Positions 11,344 to 23,148 of a stretch of 64,000 nucleotides of DNA are shown here, one piece after another (position 1 is the stretch's first letter; each line of letters begins with the position of its first letter). The stretch is taken from positions 32,001 through 96,000 of the forward strand of contig CAVSMN010000011.1 of NCBI GenBank assembly GCA_963729045.1, given 5' to 3'. The stretch is from an uncultured Nitrososphaeraceae archaeon (GTDB lineage: Archaea > Thermoproteota > Nitrososphaeria > Nitrososphaerales > Nitrososphaeraceae). The notes beneath the pieces were generated by a model, which saw only the letters and a program-made list of their open reading frames with translations, did no database searches and was not told the DNA's origin. The translations under genes were made by a program, and so were the position numbers.

Positions 11344-12139
11344 ATGATGTCAACTGATGGAAATGTAAATAACGAAATTCTTGGTGGTCTAGAAGAGTTG
11401 GGATTGTCAAAATATGAGGCATCAGCTTATTATAGTCTGCTTGGAAAGGGGATGATATCAGCAACTGAAATAGCATATTCACTCAAATTTGCCTAGAACA
11501 AAAATCTACTTTATTCTAAAAAAGCTGGAAAAAAAGAACTTGGTTTTTATAAATTACCAAAAACCATTAATGTTTAGAGCTCTTTCTCCTAAGGATTCTT
11601 TTGACAACATATTAAGTAAGTACGAGAACAGGATCAAAAGTTTAAAAAAAATAATAGAAATACTTCAACAAATTAATGAAAAGGGTTTGAAAAATAAGGG
11701 AATTGAGGAGAAAAGATACCTCGTCTTAAATCAATTTTCCACAGACAGTAAGATTATTGAATTGCTAAAAAATACAAATGAATCAATTGACATCTCCCTA
11801 AATCATTGGGGTAATGTGATTTTAAACGCCTCAAAAGAAGAAATATTGAAGGCCATATACAGAGGAGTGAAAGTAAGAATCCTATTTGACTTTATGTGCC
11901 CGGCTGATTCAATAATTTTGCCTAACGCGATTGAAAAAAAAAGTGCTAAAATTAGTACAAATATGTTTATCTTTGATAATAATAGTATGATAATAATTAA
12001 TAATGACGGTACAAAATCAGCATATTTTGATTCTCATGAGATTTTTGTTCCCACCTTAGTTAGTCAATTTAACGACACGTGGGTGAAGATGGAAACAGAA
12101 TCTTTGAAAAGCAAAAATATAGAACCTATTAATTTGTGA
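11344..12139 (+). CDS. TrmB family transcriptional regulator (frameshift at ~11485)
   Basis: LEELGLSKYEASAYYSLL..ATEIA joined to PRTKIYFILKKLEKKNLV; C-terminal RGVKVRIL effector domain. Confidence 0.85.
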
Positions 12140-12168
12140 TTGGTCAGTTAACTGGATAAATTAGATAA

Positions 12169-13032
12169 TCACCCAATAATATCATATTCCTTCATGATGT
12201 ATGGTAATTCAGTCAAAAGGTCAGAAGCGAGCATATGAAAGCCGATCTTATTTGATAGCCTTAATCCTGCTTTCCCGTTAAAAAATAAACCAAGCAAACA
12301 GGAATCTACTGATCCATATTTGGTTCTGAATCCAGTAATGAGGCCGGAAAGTATATCCCCTGTCCCTCCAACGGTCATTGATGGGGTTGTTCTTTCGATA
12401 ACAAAAGTGCTCTCCCCGTCAGATATTATATTCTGATATCCCTTTAAAACAATTATCAAGCCAAATTCTTTTGCTTTTCGATACACCAATTCGACCTGCT
12501 CGGATAACTTACCGGTAGGGCTATCACCAAATAGTCTTTTGAATTCTCCAGCATGAGGGGTAACTATAGTTTCATTCTTGCATATACTAGGCAGTATATC
12601 TGGAAGCAGAGCCCCAGCATCTATTACTAGATTAGAATCGCCCTCTAATAGCTTTTGTACAAGTAAAATCAATGGTTGTGATTTTGATACATTTAATCCC
12701 ATTCCAATCGCTGCTGCATCAATTCTTTTCGGTAGGGTGTTTAACAGTCTTCTAACAGAACCAGTAGTTAATTTATCATCTGGAAATGGCAAGATTATCA
12801 GATCTGGAGAAAAGATTCGGGAAGAAATTAAGTTGATCTTTGGAATAGCGGTATAGACCAAGTCAGTCCCACTTCTTAAGGCTGCTAGAGAGGATAGCAA
12901 AGGGGCTCCATGATAGATTCTGCTTCCCCCAACCACCAGAGATATCCCGTTTTCACCTTTTCTTGACAGGATATTTCGGGGTTTAACAATTTTTCTAATA
13001 AGGTTATCGTCAACTAAAGAGTAGTCTTTCAT
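12169..13032 (-). CDS. nnrD: ADP-dependent NAD(P)H-hydrate dehydratase
   Basis: GGSRIYHGAP, GMGL, IDAGAL, TPHAGEF, GGTGDILSG. Confidence 0.92.
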   Translation of the reverse strand: MKDYSLVDDNLIRKIVKPRNILSRKGENGISLVVGGSRIYHGAPLLSSLAALRSGTDLVYTAIPKINLISSRIFSPDLIILPFPDDKLTTGSVRRLLNTLPKRIDAAAIGMGLNVSKSQPLILLVQKLLEGDSNLVIDAGALLPDILPSICKNETIVTPHAGEFKRLFGDSPTGKLSEQVELVYRKAKEFGLIIVLKGYQNIISDGESTFVIERTTPSMTVGGTGDILSGLITGFRTKYGSVDSCLLGLFFNGKAGLRLSNKIGFHMLASDLLTELPYIMKEYDIIG

Positions 13033-13124
13033 GTTGGATAAATATTAGAGAGAATCCTCATAATAACTAGTTTTAATGACAATTAAATAGAAATATAGGA
13101 TTACCTTCTATAATAATTGGAGTA

Positions 13125-13328
13125 TTGAATAAAAAGGAAAAGGGTTCAATTAAAGATACCCAAACAGAGAACACAGATCAGAAATTCACTGTTCCCATAG
13201 AAATCGATACACATTATCAATTGTACGGCAAGCACATGTGGGAGGTCAACTACTTTGAAAAATGTCCTCGGTGCAATAAACGGATTGACGAATTTGGCTA
13301 TTGTGCATGTACTGGATTTGCAGAGTAA
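13125..13328 (+). CDS. small Cys-rich (Zn-finger-like) protein
   Basis: CPRC..IDEFGYCAC at the C-terminus. Confidence 0.65.
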   Translation: MNKKEKGSIKDTQTENTDQKFTVPIEIDTHYQLYGKHMWEVNYFEKCPRCNKRIDEFGYCACTGFAE

Positions 13329-13458
13329 TTAAACTCAAATATCCTCAGCAAAATTGACCGGAATTTTTGTTAAATTAATGAGAAAAGACAGGTTGTTATT
13401 TTAATTGATGTATATTGATTGGATAATAATTATATAGCTGTTCGAAGAGATATTATGT

Positions 13459-13623
13459 ATGAGTAACGAAGTTATGGGTGCGGTAACCTATGAATGTATG
13501 TCGTGTGGCACTAACGTAACAGCAGAAGAGTTGTCATACTTACCAGAAATAAAATGTATTTGCGGGTTCAGGGTATTTAGAAAAGTAAGACAACCGATAA
13601 TAAAACAACTAAAAGCGATCTAA
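13459..13623 (+). CDS. rpoP: DNA-directed RNA polymerase subunit P (Rpo12); not in ORF track
   Basis: Manual translation MSNEVMGAVTYECMSCGTNV..IKCICGFRVFRKVRQPIIKQLKAI*. Confidence 0.9.
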   Translation: MSNEVMGAVTYECMSCGTNVTAEELSYLPEIKCICGFRVFRKVRQPIIKQLKAI

Positions 13624-13788
13624 GTGAAAATCAGATGTCCTGATTGTAAAGAAGCGGCTTTTCTCAGCGATGATTTTTCTTTAGTCAAGTGTGATAAATG
13701 CGGTTTTGATAAGACCTATGGAGAGTATGTTAAATACGTTGCATACAAAGATGCAAGATATTCTGACATATTAAGTGATTACAAGTAA
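13624..13788 (+). CDS. 54-aa Zn-ribbon protein; not in ORF track
   Basis: GTG start directly after the rpoP stop; MKIRCPDCKE..VKCDKCGF..*. Confidence 0.8.
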   Translation: MKIRCPDCKEAAFLSDDFSLVKCDKCGFDKTYGEYVKYVAYKDARYSDILSDYK

Positions 13789-13839
13789 AAGGATGCAAAT
13801 AATGCCAGCAGACATCATTTAGAGTGGTGTGAAATTTGT

Positions 13840-15070
13840 ATGGCAATTAGGTCTGAAGTCAAAGAAAAGTATGAGTTAGGAAAATCAGAATACATGTGGG
13901 CAAAGAGGAATATGCCTGTTCTAAATCGATTAACTCATAAATTTGTCTCTAAAAGGTGCTTAGAAAATTTTAACCTTGGTATTTGTCTACATATAACAAA
14001 AGAAACATCAGTATTGCTGATGGCCCTAAAAGATGCTGGTGCCGAGGTTAATTTGTGCCCCGCCAATCCACTCTCAATTCAGGAACCTGTCAAATCTTTC
14101 TTGATTAAGAATGACATCAGGATTTTTTCTAAAGAGGATGGGACCCTCCTAGATTTTTACAGTAATATGGAAAGTGTACTAGATACCAAACCTCATATCA
14201 TTACAGATGATGGTGGGGAGCTTCACAAGAGAGCACTATCTAGAAAGTACAACATAATGGGTGGAACTGAAGAAACTACTTCCGGAGTTAACAGACTTTT
14301 GGCTTGGTGTAAAGAAGGTTTGTTGAAATACCCGATCATCGCCGTTAATCGCTCAAGAGCAAAATCCCTGTTTGATAATAAATATGGAACAGGTCAAAGT
14401 ACAATAGAAGGAATAGTAAAAACTACTGGGATATTGTTATCTAGTAAGAGGATCGTAGTTTGCGGCTATGGCTGGGTTGGAAAGGGAGTAGCAAGATGCG
14501 CTAATGGGATGGGAGCCAAAGTTACAATTACAGAGGTTAATCCACTTAGAGCATTGGAGGCATTTTTTGATGGCTTTGAAGTAAAGCCATTGGATGAAGT
14601 AATATCAAAGGCAGATATTTTCATAACGTGTACTGGTCAAGTAAATGTTATAGGGCAAGGTCAAATTGAAAAAATTAAAGAAGGTGCGATATTATGCAAT
14701 GCTGGCCATTTTGACGTAGAAATTGACATAAATTATTTGAATTCATATAGACCAGAATCATTTTTCTCCAAGAATGAATGTAGAATGCTATAGAGTGGGA
14801 GAAAGTAGAAAAAAAATTTACCTACTAGCAAAAGGGAGGGTTATTAACTTGGTTGGTGCAGAAGGTAACTCACCAGAGGTGATGAGTATTTCCTTCTCAA
14901 ATCAATTTTTGTCTATTGTTTATCTTTCGCAATTTCATGAGAAGTTAGATAACCAAATCTATAAGACACCAAAAAAAATTGAAAGAAAGATACTCTTGAC
15001 TGCATTGGATTCATTTGGTTTGAAGATAGACAGTTTAACTCCACAACAAAGTCATTACTTCAATACATGA
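13840..15070 (+). CDS. ahcY: adenosylhomocysteinase (frameshift at ~14770)
   Basis: CLHITKET, DDGG, EETTSG, KSLFDNKYGTG, GYGWVGKG, NAGHFDVE, and GRVINLVGAEG in the second ORF. Confidence 0.93.
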
Positions 15071-15106
15071 TTTTATCAACTGGTATATCTTCATTTCTTT
15101 TAATTT

Positions 15107-15313
15107 TTAACTTTGACCCAACCGTAACCGCTGTTTAGAAAACGAATTATGTGGCCTACTTCTCAAAATAGTATTACAACATGGACATTTAAATCCCTGC
15201 CATTCAAGAAACAATTCACATTCTTTGCATAATTTGTAGCCTTGGCTGTAATAACTAAAAGAGTCGTTTGTCTTATACGCTTTATACTTTTTGCAGATGG
15301 ATCTACAATACAT
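15107..15313 (-). CDS. small Cys-rich protein
   Basis: CRSIC..CKEC..W..CPCC..LRSRP pattern. Confidence 0.7.
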   Translation of the reverse strand: MYCRSICKKYKAYKTNDSFSYYSQGYKLCKECELFLEWQGFKCPCCNTILRSRPHNSFSKQRLRLGQS

Positions 15314-15571
15314 CTCTTAAAAAATAATTAACCATATTTGTCATTCTGCTACGTATGAAATCTAAATTATTTTTCATATACCACAATTACATTAATTACT
15401 TAAGAACTTAACTGTCTATTTTCATAGCTAATTTGCATTAATTATTCAATCAACAATAACCGGAACAGTATCTGCGGAGAGGAAAGGCATTTTCAAAAAT
15501 TCATAATCAAAGAATAATTTTAAACTCGGCTAATGAATCAAAAATAAGTTAGTTCACAACATAATATCATA

Positions 15572-16067
15572 CTAGTTAATCCTTTCTTTTTTAAGAACTA
15601 AACTGTTACCACACTTGTCACAAAAACTTGATTTTAAATCAAATAAAGTCTTACATATACTGCAATACTTAATGGTTTTTTTTGTCACAAAATTTTTTTT
15701 TCCTGGGGTCAGTATGTTTATAGAAAAATATTTTGCAGCATTGGCCAGAGCGTAATCGGCAGATAAAATCGGTAAATGTAGCTGTAAACTAAGTGCAATT
15801 ACCGAATGATCGGCTTTTGACAATTCCATTTGACCTAAATCTACACATTTTTGTCTGACCATAGAATGGATAGTTGATGTCTGGTTCTTGAATTATTACC
15901 TTTCCTGCAGTTATCAATAAATTCAACCCATCAATCCGTCTCTTGATGTGATTTATTTCCTCCTGAATATCAGGTGTTATATAATAAACATAATCTGAGG
16001 TGGTCTGAAATGGTATTCCCCCGTAAAAGATATTGGAATCAGTTACAAATTTTTTTCTAGAATCCAA
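15572..16067 (-). CDS. nob1: Nob1-like PIN nuclease with Zn ribbon (frameshift at ~15865)
   Basis: FVTDSN, ITPDIQEE, LSKADHSVIAL, SADYALAN, CSIC..CDKCG. Confidence 0.85.
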
Positions 16068-16857
16068 GTTTGTTCATCTGTCGAGTATCATTTTTATTGA
16101 ATCTGAGAAACACTGCATCATATCGATATTTTGAAATCTTTATTGGCTGATTCTCCTGGATTTCCTTTACAAGCTGTCCATCCATAATCAATTTAAGGTC
16201 ATGATTCGCACTAATAGTAATTGCCATTAAAGGTAACACAAAGGAAGGTAGCCTATTAACGGATCCTATTGGGGTAATCAGCATACAATCCAAATGTTCT
16301 TGAAGTATAGGTCCACCATTGGATAGGGAATGTCCAGTGGATCCAGTAGGAGTTGAAACTATCATTCCATCCATCTTTTGACTATATCCGTCATCATTGA
16401 TAGAGAGATAAAACAAAGGTGTTTTGGTAAGATCTGAACGCATTATGACGTAATCATTCAAAACAGGGACCGTAATCTCATCACCAATCTGTGCGACTAT
16501 TCTTATCCTTCTATCGAGAAAATAATGTCCTTCTAGGAGAGGGTCCACTATTGAATCAACGGAATCTTTTGAAACCTCCGACAAAATTCCACGCGTACCA
16601 CCTGCATTAATACAAAGTACTGGTATATCTGGAGGTAACGTTCTAAATGTTTTGATAGTAGTTCCATCACCACCGATCGCAATAGCCAAATCAACCTCAA
16701 TATCCAATTCCGGGCTATGTGAATCATAGTCCTTTTTAAAGTCTATGACACTAATCCCTTGTTCAGCCAACTTTTCTCTTAACAAATAAGAAACTTTTCT
16801 AGATTCTTCATTATTTCTTTTGGTAAAAATGGCAATACATCGGATTCGATTACTCAA
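16057..16857 (-). CDS. nadK: NAD kinase
   Basis: GGDGT, LND, DGMIVSTPTGSTGHSLSNGGP. Confidence 0.93.
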   Translation of the reverse strand: MSNRIRCIAIFTKRNNEESRKVSYLLREKLAEQGISVIDFKKDYDSHSPELDIEVDLAIAIGGDGTTIKTFRTLPPDIPVLCINAGGTRGILSEVSKDSVDSIVDPLLEGHYFLDRRIRIVAQIGDEITVPVLNDYVIMRSDLTKTPLFYLSINDDGYSQKMDGMIVSTPTGSTGHSLSNGGPILQEHLDCMLITPIGSVNRLPSFVLPLMAITISANHDLKLIMDGQLVKEIQENQPIKISKYRYDAVFLRFNKNDTRQMNKLGF

Positions 16858-17230
16858 ACAGTTAATGATAAAACATGGGGGTATATTTTTTTACTCTTTG
16901 TAGTTAGGAAGTCAGCTTGGTTTTGGGATTTTTGACTGAATTTTTACTTAAAATTGAAACAAATTGCTAGAATACTATATCTGGAATCATAAACTAAATC
17001 CGAACAGAAAAATAATACATTCAACTTTGAAACAGCTAACTATGGTTGAAATTAGTTCATATTTTCAATATTTTGTAGAGTGCAGAGTTATAGATAATTT
17101 TTAGAAGAAATTGAGCGTCAGAGATTATTCTCTTTTGATATGAATTGTATTTTTACCAAAATTGGGGCTATGGAACACAATAAATTACATTTATATTACA
17201 AAAATAAAGCCTTTAGAAAATAGAAAAACA

Positions 17231-17304
17231 GGGCCGATAGCTCAGCTTGGTGGAGCGTTCGACTGATAATCGAAAGGCCGAGGGTTCAAATCCCTTTCGG
17301 CCCA
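17231..17304 (+). tRNA. tRNA-Ile(GAT)
   Basis: GGGCCGA..TTCGA-CTGATAA-TCGAA..GGTTCAAATCCCTTTCGGCCCA. Confidence 0.96.
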
Positions 17305-18112
17305 TTGAGGATATAACTTAACATCCTTGTGGTTCTAGCTATTACGGATAAAAAATTTAACTAAAATGCCATTTAGATTTTCAATATTGTCCTTAATAAA
17401 ACAAATTCGAATCCATGGAGAACGCAGATCTAAAGATTTGATATTGTTGATTAGTCAAATACAACAATCATAGTGAAAAGTATCAAATTAATGTTGACAA
17501 AGATATCACAGTTTAGAAATTCTTTGAGACCTTTAGAATCATCCTTCTAACCAAGGAGATGACTTTAAAAAATTTAGTCGATCGGTAAATTACAACTTAT
17601 GTAATTCCAAAAAGGAAGGTTCATCCCTATGAATTATTCTATGAACCTCTAAACCGTGCCTCAAACGGAGATATCATGGATATTAAAGTAATGAATAAAA
17701 AAAGTTAGTCGATCGGTAAGCATTTGACTACTCAAGAACAAAAACGAAGGAAGTATTGCAAGGATAATATCTATAAAACATTAAAGGATTTAAGGGAAAT
17801 GCCGATTCACTATATGAGGACCATCTGGGCGGAATAATCCAGTATTAAAAAAATTTTAATATGTTTACATAAGAAATTAAAAAGAAGATCTACCGAATAT
17901 CGATTAGCAAGTCATTGGAGACTCGGTGTAAAAGAAGAACTTCTTGTGATCCTCTGGCTCCATTAACAACATTCGATGGATATTGATCTTCCCAAACATT
18001 ATGGAATCACAAACCGAGCATGAACGTGAGAATGATATGGAGACCTAGGGATTCATAATCTTTCTCTCTAGACTACAAAAACATAAAGCTATGCCGATAT
18101 TATTAATGGTTT

Positions 18113-18218
18113 AAAAAAAAGGAGATCAGTAGAAATAATAGGATTACTCACTGAAAAGAGGTATACATACCTCGCGAACCATCTTCACTCCTCTGGCCGA
18201 GATAGAGGTCGGCCAAAG
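18113..18218 (-). ncRNA. candidate K-turn / box C/D-like sRNA
   Basis: 5' hairpin TGGCCGA/TCGGCCA; GAGG-AGT-GAAGA ... CTGA-TCTC K-turn geometry; internal GAGGTAT/ATACCTC hairpin; 3' T8 tract. Confidence 0.4.
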
Positions 18219-18333
18219 TTTAATCATATTACACTGTTCTTAAATCCATATCCAGAGAAACTTCAAAAGTACGATTTAAAACTTGTCTATCATATAATTT
18301 AAAAACTAAAAAAAAGATTATGATGATCTGTGA

Positions 18334-18582
18334 TTAGCAGCTACCCTTTGACCAGCCTACTTTATATCCTTTAGCATAGTCACCTGATCCTGGTGAGTAT
18401 GATAAGCAATGGTCATGATCATACCATCCATCTTTACAGCCTGTGACCCATGCGTGGGGTTTACTTGTCTGGTCTGAACAATAAGATGTAGCGGCATGTG
18501 CATTTTGATTCATTATCAATGGAGTTAGTGCCATTGATGCTAGTGCTAATGCAATTACTAATGAACTTAGTTTAGTATCCAT
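18334..18582 (-). CDS. small secreted Cys-containing protein
   Basis: Start MDTKLSSLVIALALASMAL.., signal peptide ending AHA, ~52-aa mature part with 4 Cys. Confidence 0.75.
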   Translation of the reverse strand: MDTKLSSLVIALALASMALTPLIMNQNAHAATSYCSDQTSKPHAWVTGCKDGWYDHDHCLSYSPGSGDYAKGYKVGWSKGSC

Positions 18583-19547
18583 CAGTTTTCTACTATCCGT
18601 ATGTTTATATAAACATATATCTAATATTCCGGAAAAAGAACATTCATAGACTTTTATTTCCAAATGACGTCAATTACAAATGTAATTATTAATTTATTTG
18701 ACTGTTCCCCTAACAATAATTAGTTCCACGGTGCCGACCTTAAAGGACGATACGTACCTCTCTTATTCTTGTTAGCAAAGAATATGCGGTTGTTCAATGG
18801 TTTTGAACAAGAAATATTATGTGGACAAGCAATTGATTTCAAAATTACTCAATTCAAAAAAAAACAAGCAGCGCGCTTTGCATTTTCTAATAACTCTATC
18901 TCATTATTATTTCTAGGTCAATATTTTATTTGACGACATTTCCTAACAACTGTCTTTTGACTAAAATGTTTTAAAATTAGTTTCTCAAAAAATAGTCCAA
19001 ATTGATTAAGTTAATTCTAGGATTTTATTGACAATATCTGGATTGCAATCAAATAGAAACACAATATAACTAAGTGTCATAATTTTAAAAGTAAGTAGTA
19101 TATTGATAATCACATTAGTTGAGATCCTTTTGACATGTAAAGAAATGAAATTAAGGATGTTTTCTCAGAGTATATCATCATTCCCATTCCCGAATTCAAT
19201 ATTTTGATTATTATTTGAGTAGGTGCTTCCAGTGAAAATGTATCCTATGAAATCTAATTTTGAAATGTTGAGTGATATCTGAATTAAGCTCCTAATTGGT
19301 CTTTGTACATCAAAATAAGAAATAAGATTATGATTTGGGCTATCATTTATCCTCAATAATGGCTCGACTATCTGAATCGAATACACTTAACGTCTTATTA
19401 GAGTGATATATACCGATATAAGCTCATTCTAATACGAGGATCAAATTGCCAATTATTAGTCCAAATGATTAAGCTTATCTATATATTTCAATGTTATTTT
19501 GGTTTATGATTTGCACAATTCGGAGAAATAGATAGTTATTCAGTTGG

Positions 19548-20350
19548 TCAATCATTTCTGCTATGAATATTTAAATAATAAATTCGTGTCAATACGGCAA
19601 TTCCAAGCATTAGATATCCGATATTAAAGAAAAGGTCAAATAAATGGTCATCTTGGGTAAACCCAAATAAATCACAAATCCAAAAATTACATCTGCTAGG
19701 AGAAAGAAAAACCCACACGCTGAAAAGAGTAACCAGGAGAGATACTCCCTTATTCAATGAAATCTCCTTTTCTCTAAAGTAGTATAAAACACCGCTTATG
19801 ATAATAAACAAATCAAATATTGGGTATGCAAAAACAAGTATCAAGTCAATAAAATTCCCACTAAGGGAATACACATCAAAAATGAAAACTGAAATATATA
19901 ACACATAAAAAGAAAAAGGAAAAAGGTGACTAGTAAGCTAATAAAGATGCTTAGCTCAATTTTGTATGTTTTATTTAGTCTCCACAGTAACAAAACAAAA
20001 AAAATATACCCTGCAAGATAAAAGATATCCGCTATAGAAGGATAAGGATCAGTATTTAGAACTCCACTATAGTATCCAAAGATTGCTTCCGCTGAAAACC
20101 AACATACAAATGACAACAACAGAAACAATTGCATCACTATCCATTTGGAGTATTGAATTTCCGGTTTTAAGAATCAGGAAGAAAATCAAGTAAATAACAA
20201 TTCCAGCAAGATATTACATTTGGAATATTATAATAACCAAGATAAGATTCTTCGAAATAAAATAAAAAGGAAATTGCCCCGAAGGCAACAAATACCAAAA
20301 TTAGAGATTTCAAAGATAAACTAAAGATGAAATGGAAAGTCAGAAATCAT
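19548..20350 (-). pseudogene. polytopic membrane protein (sensor-type TM module), fragmented
   Basis: WFSAEAIFGYY..DPYPSIADIFYLAGY and AYPIFDL motifs spread over several frames. Confidence 0.65.
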
Positions 20351-20447
20351 ATAAAGACTAAGTTACATATTACTTTTTATCAGACAGTAATAAATCGAAT
20401 AAATGTGCATATAGAAATCTATTTAATATTTCTAGTGTTATCTGGAT

Positions 20448-22397
20448 TTGAGTTATCACGAAAGTAGCAACTAATATTTTGATTTTAATCATTCCATTAA
20501 TCATAGGATCAATAGTTATTACCTCCATCCTTTCACTCCAAAATATTTCTGGAGTTCGAGCAAAGTTTTATGATATTTATGAATTGTCTGGCATCCAACT
20601 AATGAACAAGCTCTCTGTTGAGGTAAATGAAATTGCAAAAGATCTTAGTAGTTTGTCAACCCACCCTATATTAGCTAATTCTACCACTCCCATAAACGAC
20701 CAAATTAGCTTACTTCAAAGATAGATTAATTTTAGTAACTCAGAATATCTAGCTGTATCTGTTTATGATAGAAATGGCACTGCTATCATTGATACATCAG
20801 ACGGATCTCCTGGTGGAAATGCTTTGCAAGAAGAATTTTTCAGACAAGCATTAACAGGAGGAACTTATTTTGATAAGAATCCGGATGAAATCGCATTCAA
20901 TCAAACAGGATTTCATTTTTCGGCTCCCATCTATGATTCTAATAAAGTCATAAAAAGTATAATGGATCTTGAGGTTTCAATAAGTTTTATAGACAATGTA
21001 TTCAATAACACACTCTTTCACGACGATATTGAAAATAGTTTGCTGAACTTTACTTCCAGACTAATTCATAGTGACGGCTCAGTGATATACACAGCAAGCC
21101 AGCAAAATGAGTCCCCAGGATATGAATGGTCAACAGAATTTGAACTTCCCTCTTCCTGGAAATCCAATCGCAGAATATGAAAAAAGGAAATCTCAGGACT
21201 CTATTTGATTGAGGTTCCTGAAACTGAAAGTGCGAAGGGTTATCGATCTGATGGGAATTGGACACTCTTACTTGAGGGAAATTTATCTCCAGTTATGAGT
21301 GATTATAACAAAACAGTAAACGGTTTCTTGATTTCTTCAACATTGATTTTATTAATCGCAATTGTAGTTACTATCATTGCTGTAAAGAAAATTACATCTC
21401 CAATTACTCATTTGAAGAACTCAGCTTTAGAATTAAGTAAAGGCAATTTTGGCAAGGAAATAATGGTTGAGGGATCAAATGAGGTAAAAGATCTTTCTAT
21501 CAGCCTTGAGGCAATGAGAAGAAATATCGAGAATTCTAAAAAGAATTTGATTCGTAAGGTTAGAGAAAGGACAAAGAGACCTTGAACGGGCGAATGAAGA
21601 GTTGAGAACAAAAGAATTTCAAGTTAACTCAATTAATAACGAATTGAGGATATCAAATAGAGCCAAGGAAGAATTTCTTTCAATGATAAGTCACGAACTA
21701 AAGACTCCCATAACCCCCATGAAGTTGAATATCGAAATGATGCAAAAAGGAAATAAATCAGAAAATCTAAACGAATTCCAAAGGAAGACACTCACCATTA
21801 TGCATAGGAACATCTTAAAGATAGAGACCATCATAGATGACATTTTTACTGTGTATAAGTTAGAATTGAATAGTTTTCCCATCAACAAGGAGATGACCAA
21901 TATTGTAGAATTAGTGGAGAACAACATGTTAGGATTATCCCCATTAATGAAAGATAAAAATATCAGGTTTATTTCAATAGTTAATGCAACTGGGAGTGTA
22001 TTTTGCGACCCGGTAAGAATTAGTCAAGTATTGTTCAACTTGGTAAATAATGCAGTTGATCACGTCCCTGAGCAAGGTGGGGAAATTACCATTCGAGTCG
22101 ATGAAGAAGATGTAACGTACAAGTAAAATGAGACTTTAATGATAATGTCAATAAAGCATCACAGATCAGTCATATTTACCGTCGAAGATAATGGAATTGG
22201 GATACAACCAGAAAATATGGAAGGACTATTTAAGAAATTTTACCAAATAGATACGGGCCTTAGCAAGAAAATTTGGTGGAACTGGATTAGGGTTAGCAAT
22301 ATGTAAAGGTATAATAGAATCTCACGGAGGCAAAATTTGGATCGATTCTTCATATCGGAATGGCGTCTCATTCAAGTTTTCCCTTGATTCGTTATGA
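20448..22397 (+). pseudogene. sensor histidine kinase (Cache-HAMP-HisKA-HATPase), disrupted
   Basis: HAMP ITSPITHL..EVKDL, SHELKTP, NLVNNA, DNGIGI, GGTGLGLAI; in-frame stops at 20722 and 22124 plus several frameshifts. Confidence 0.85.
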
Positions 22398-22445
22398 CAC
22401 CGAGAAAGTATTAAAATGAAAAATATGAAATATTCCTTGTTGACT

Positions 22446-22789
22446 ATGAAAGTATTGACAATTAATGACAATGAAAGTATAACCGAAGCTGTGAAGGATT
22501 TTTTTGAATTTGAAAATATTGATGCAAAACAGTGAATCAAGGTCGGTTAGGGCTTTCAAAAACTGAAAATAAAAAATTTGACCTTATATTACTCGACGTA
22601 GCCAATCCAAGATACAGTGGTATAGATATACTCAATGAACTCAAAAGAGAACGAATTGAAAATCAGAATATAATTATTTTTAGAGCATCAGTCTTCAAAT
22701 CAGAACAGATTGATGATTTTTTGGAAATCGGAGCCAAGGAAGTTTTGACAAAGCCTATCTCATTGGACAAATTAGAATACATTAAGTAA
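22446..22789 (+). pseudogene. response regulator receiver, frameshifted and degenerate
   Basis: MKVLTINDNESI..[fs]..FDLILLDVANPRYSG..LTKPIS. Confidence 0.75.
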
Positions 22790-23148
22790 AAATATTTGAA
22801 AACGTAAGTATTGTCAAAATCAGGCCTTGAACTAGGAGGTTTATTACTTTTAGAAATGAATCTGATTTAGTAGTAGTGGTCTATAAGGAGTCATAGTCTT
22901 TGTTCAATGTTGCTTCATAGATAATAACATTGATAGTATCAATTTGATTTTTCGTATCTATTTTTATACCACGATTATTTTTTTACCCGACCTCGGATGA
23001 ATAAGACATTATTATTAATTAGTAGCAAAGAATCTTCGAGAACTAGATACGGTAATTGAGAATTATAAATAAATATCCATCATTATCATAATCCATAATA
23101 TGACCAAAGGAGTCGGCAAGGAAAACTCATCAAAATAAATCAAAAAAG

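Noticed and set aside
17574..17719. CRISPR array
   Set aside because: Only two 15-bp copies with a 116-nt gap; no cas genes
17588..18687. AATTACA-Nx-TGTAATT palindromes at 17588 and 18672
   Set aside because: Different spacers (5 vs 2) and AT-rich; plausible by chance
20722..20724. Amber readthrough (pyrrolysine) in the histidine kinase
   Set aside because: The same gene has a TAA stop and frameshifts; no pyl genes are seen
17305..23100. Provirus or integrative element at tRNA-Ile
   Set aside because: No integrase, capsid gene or att duplication found
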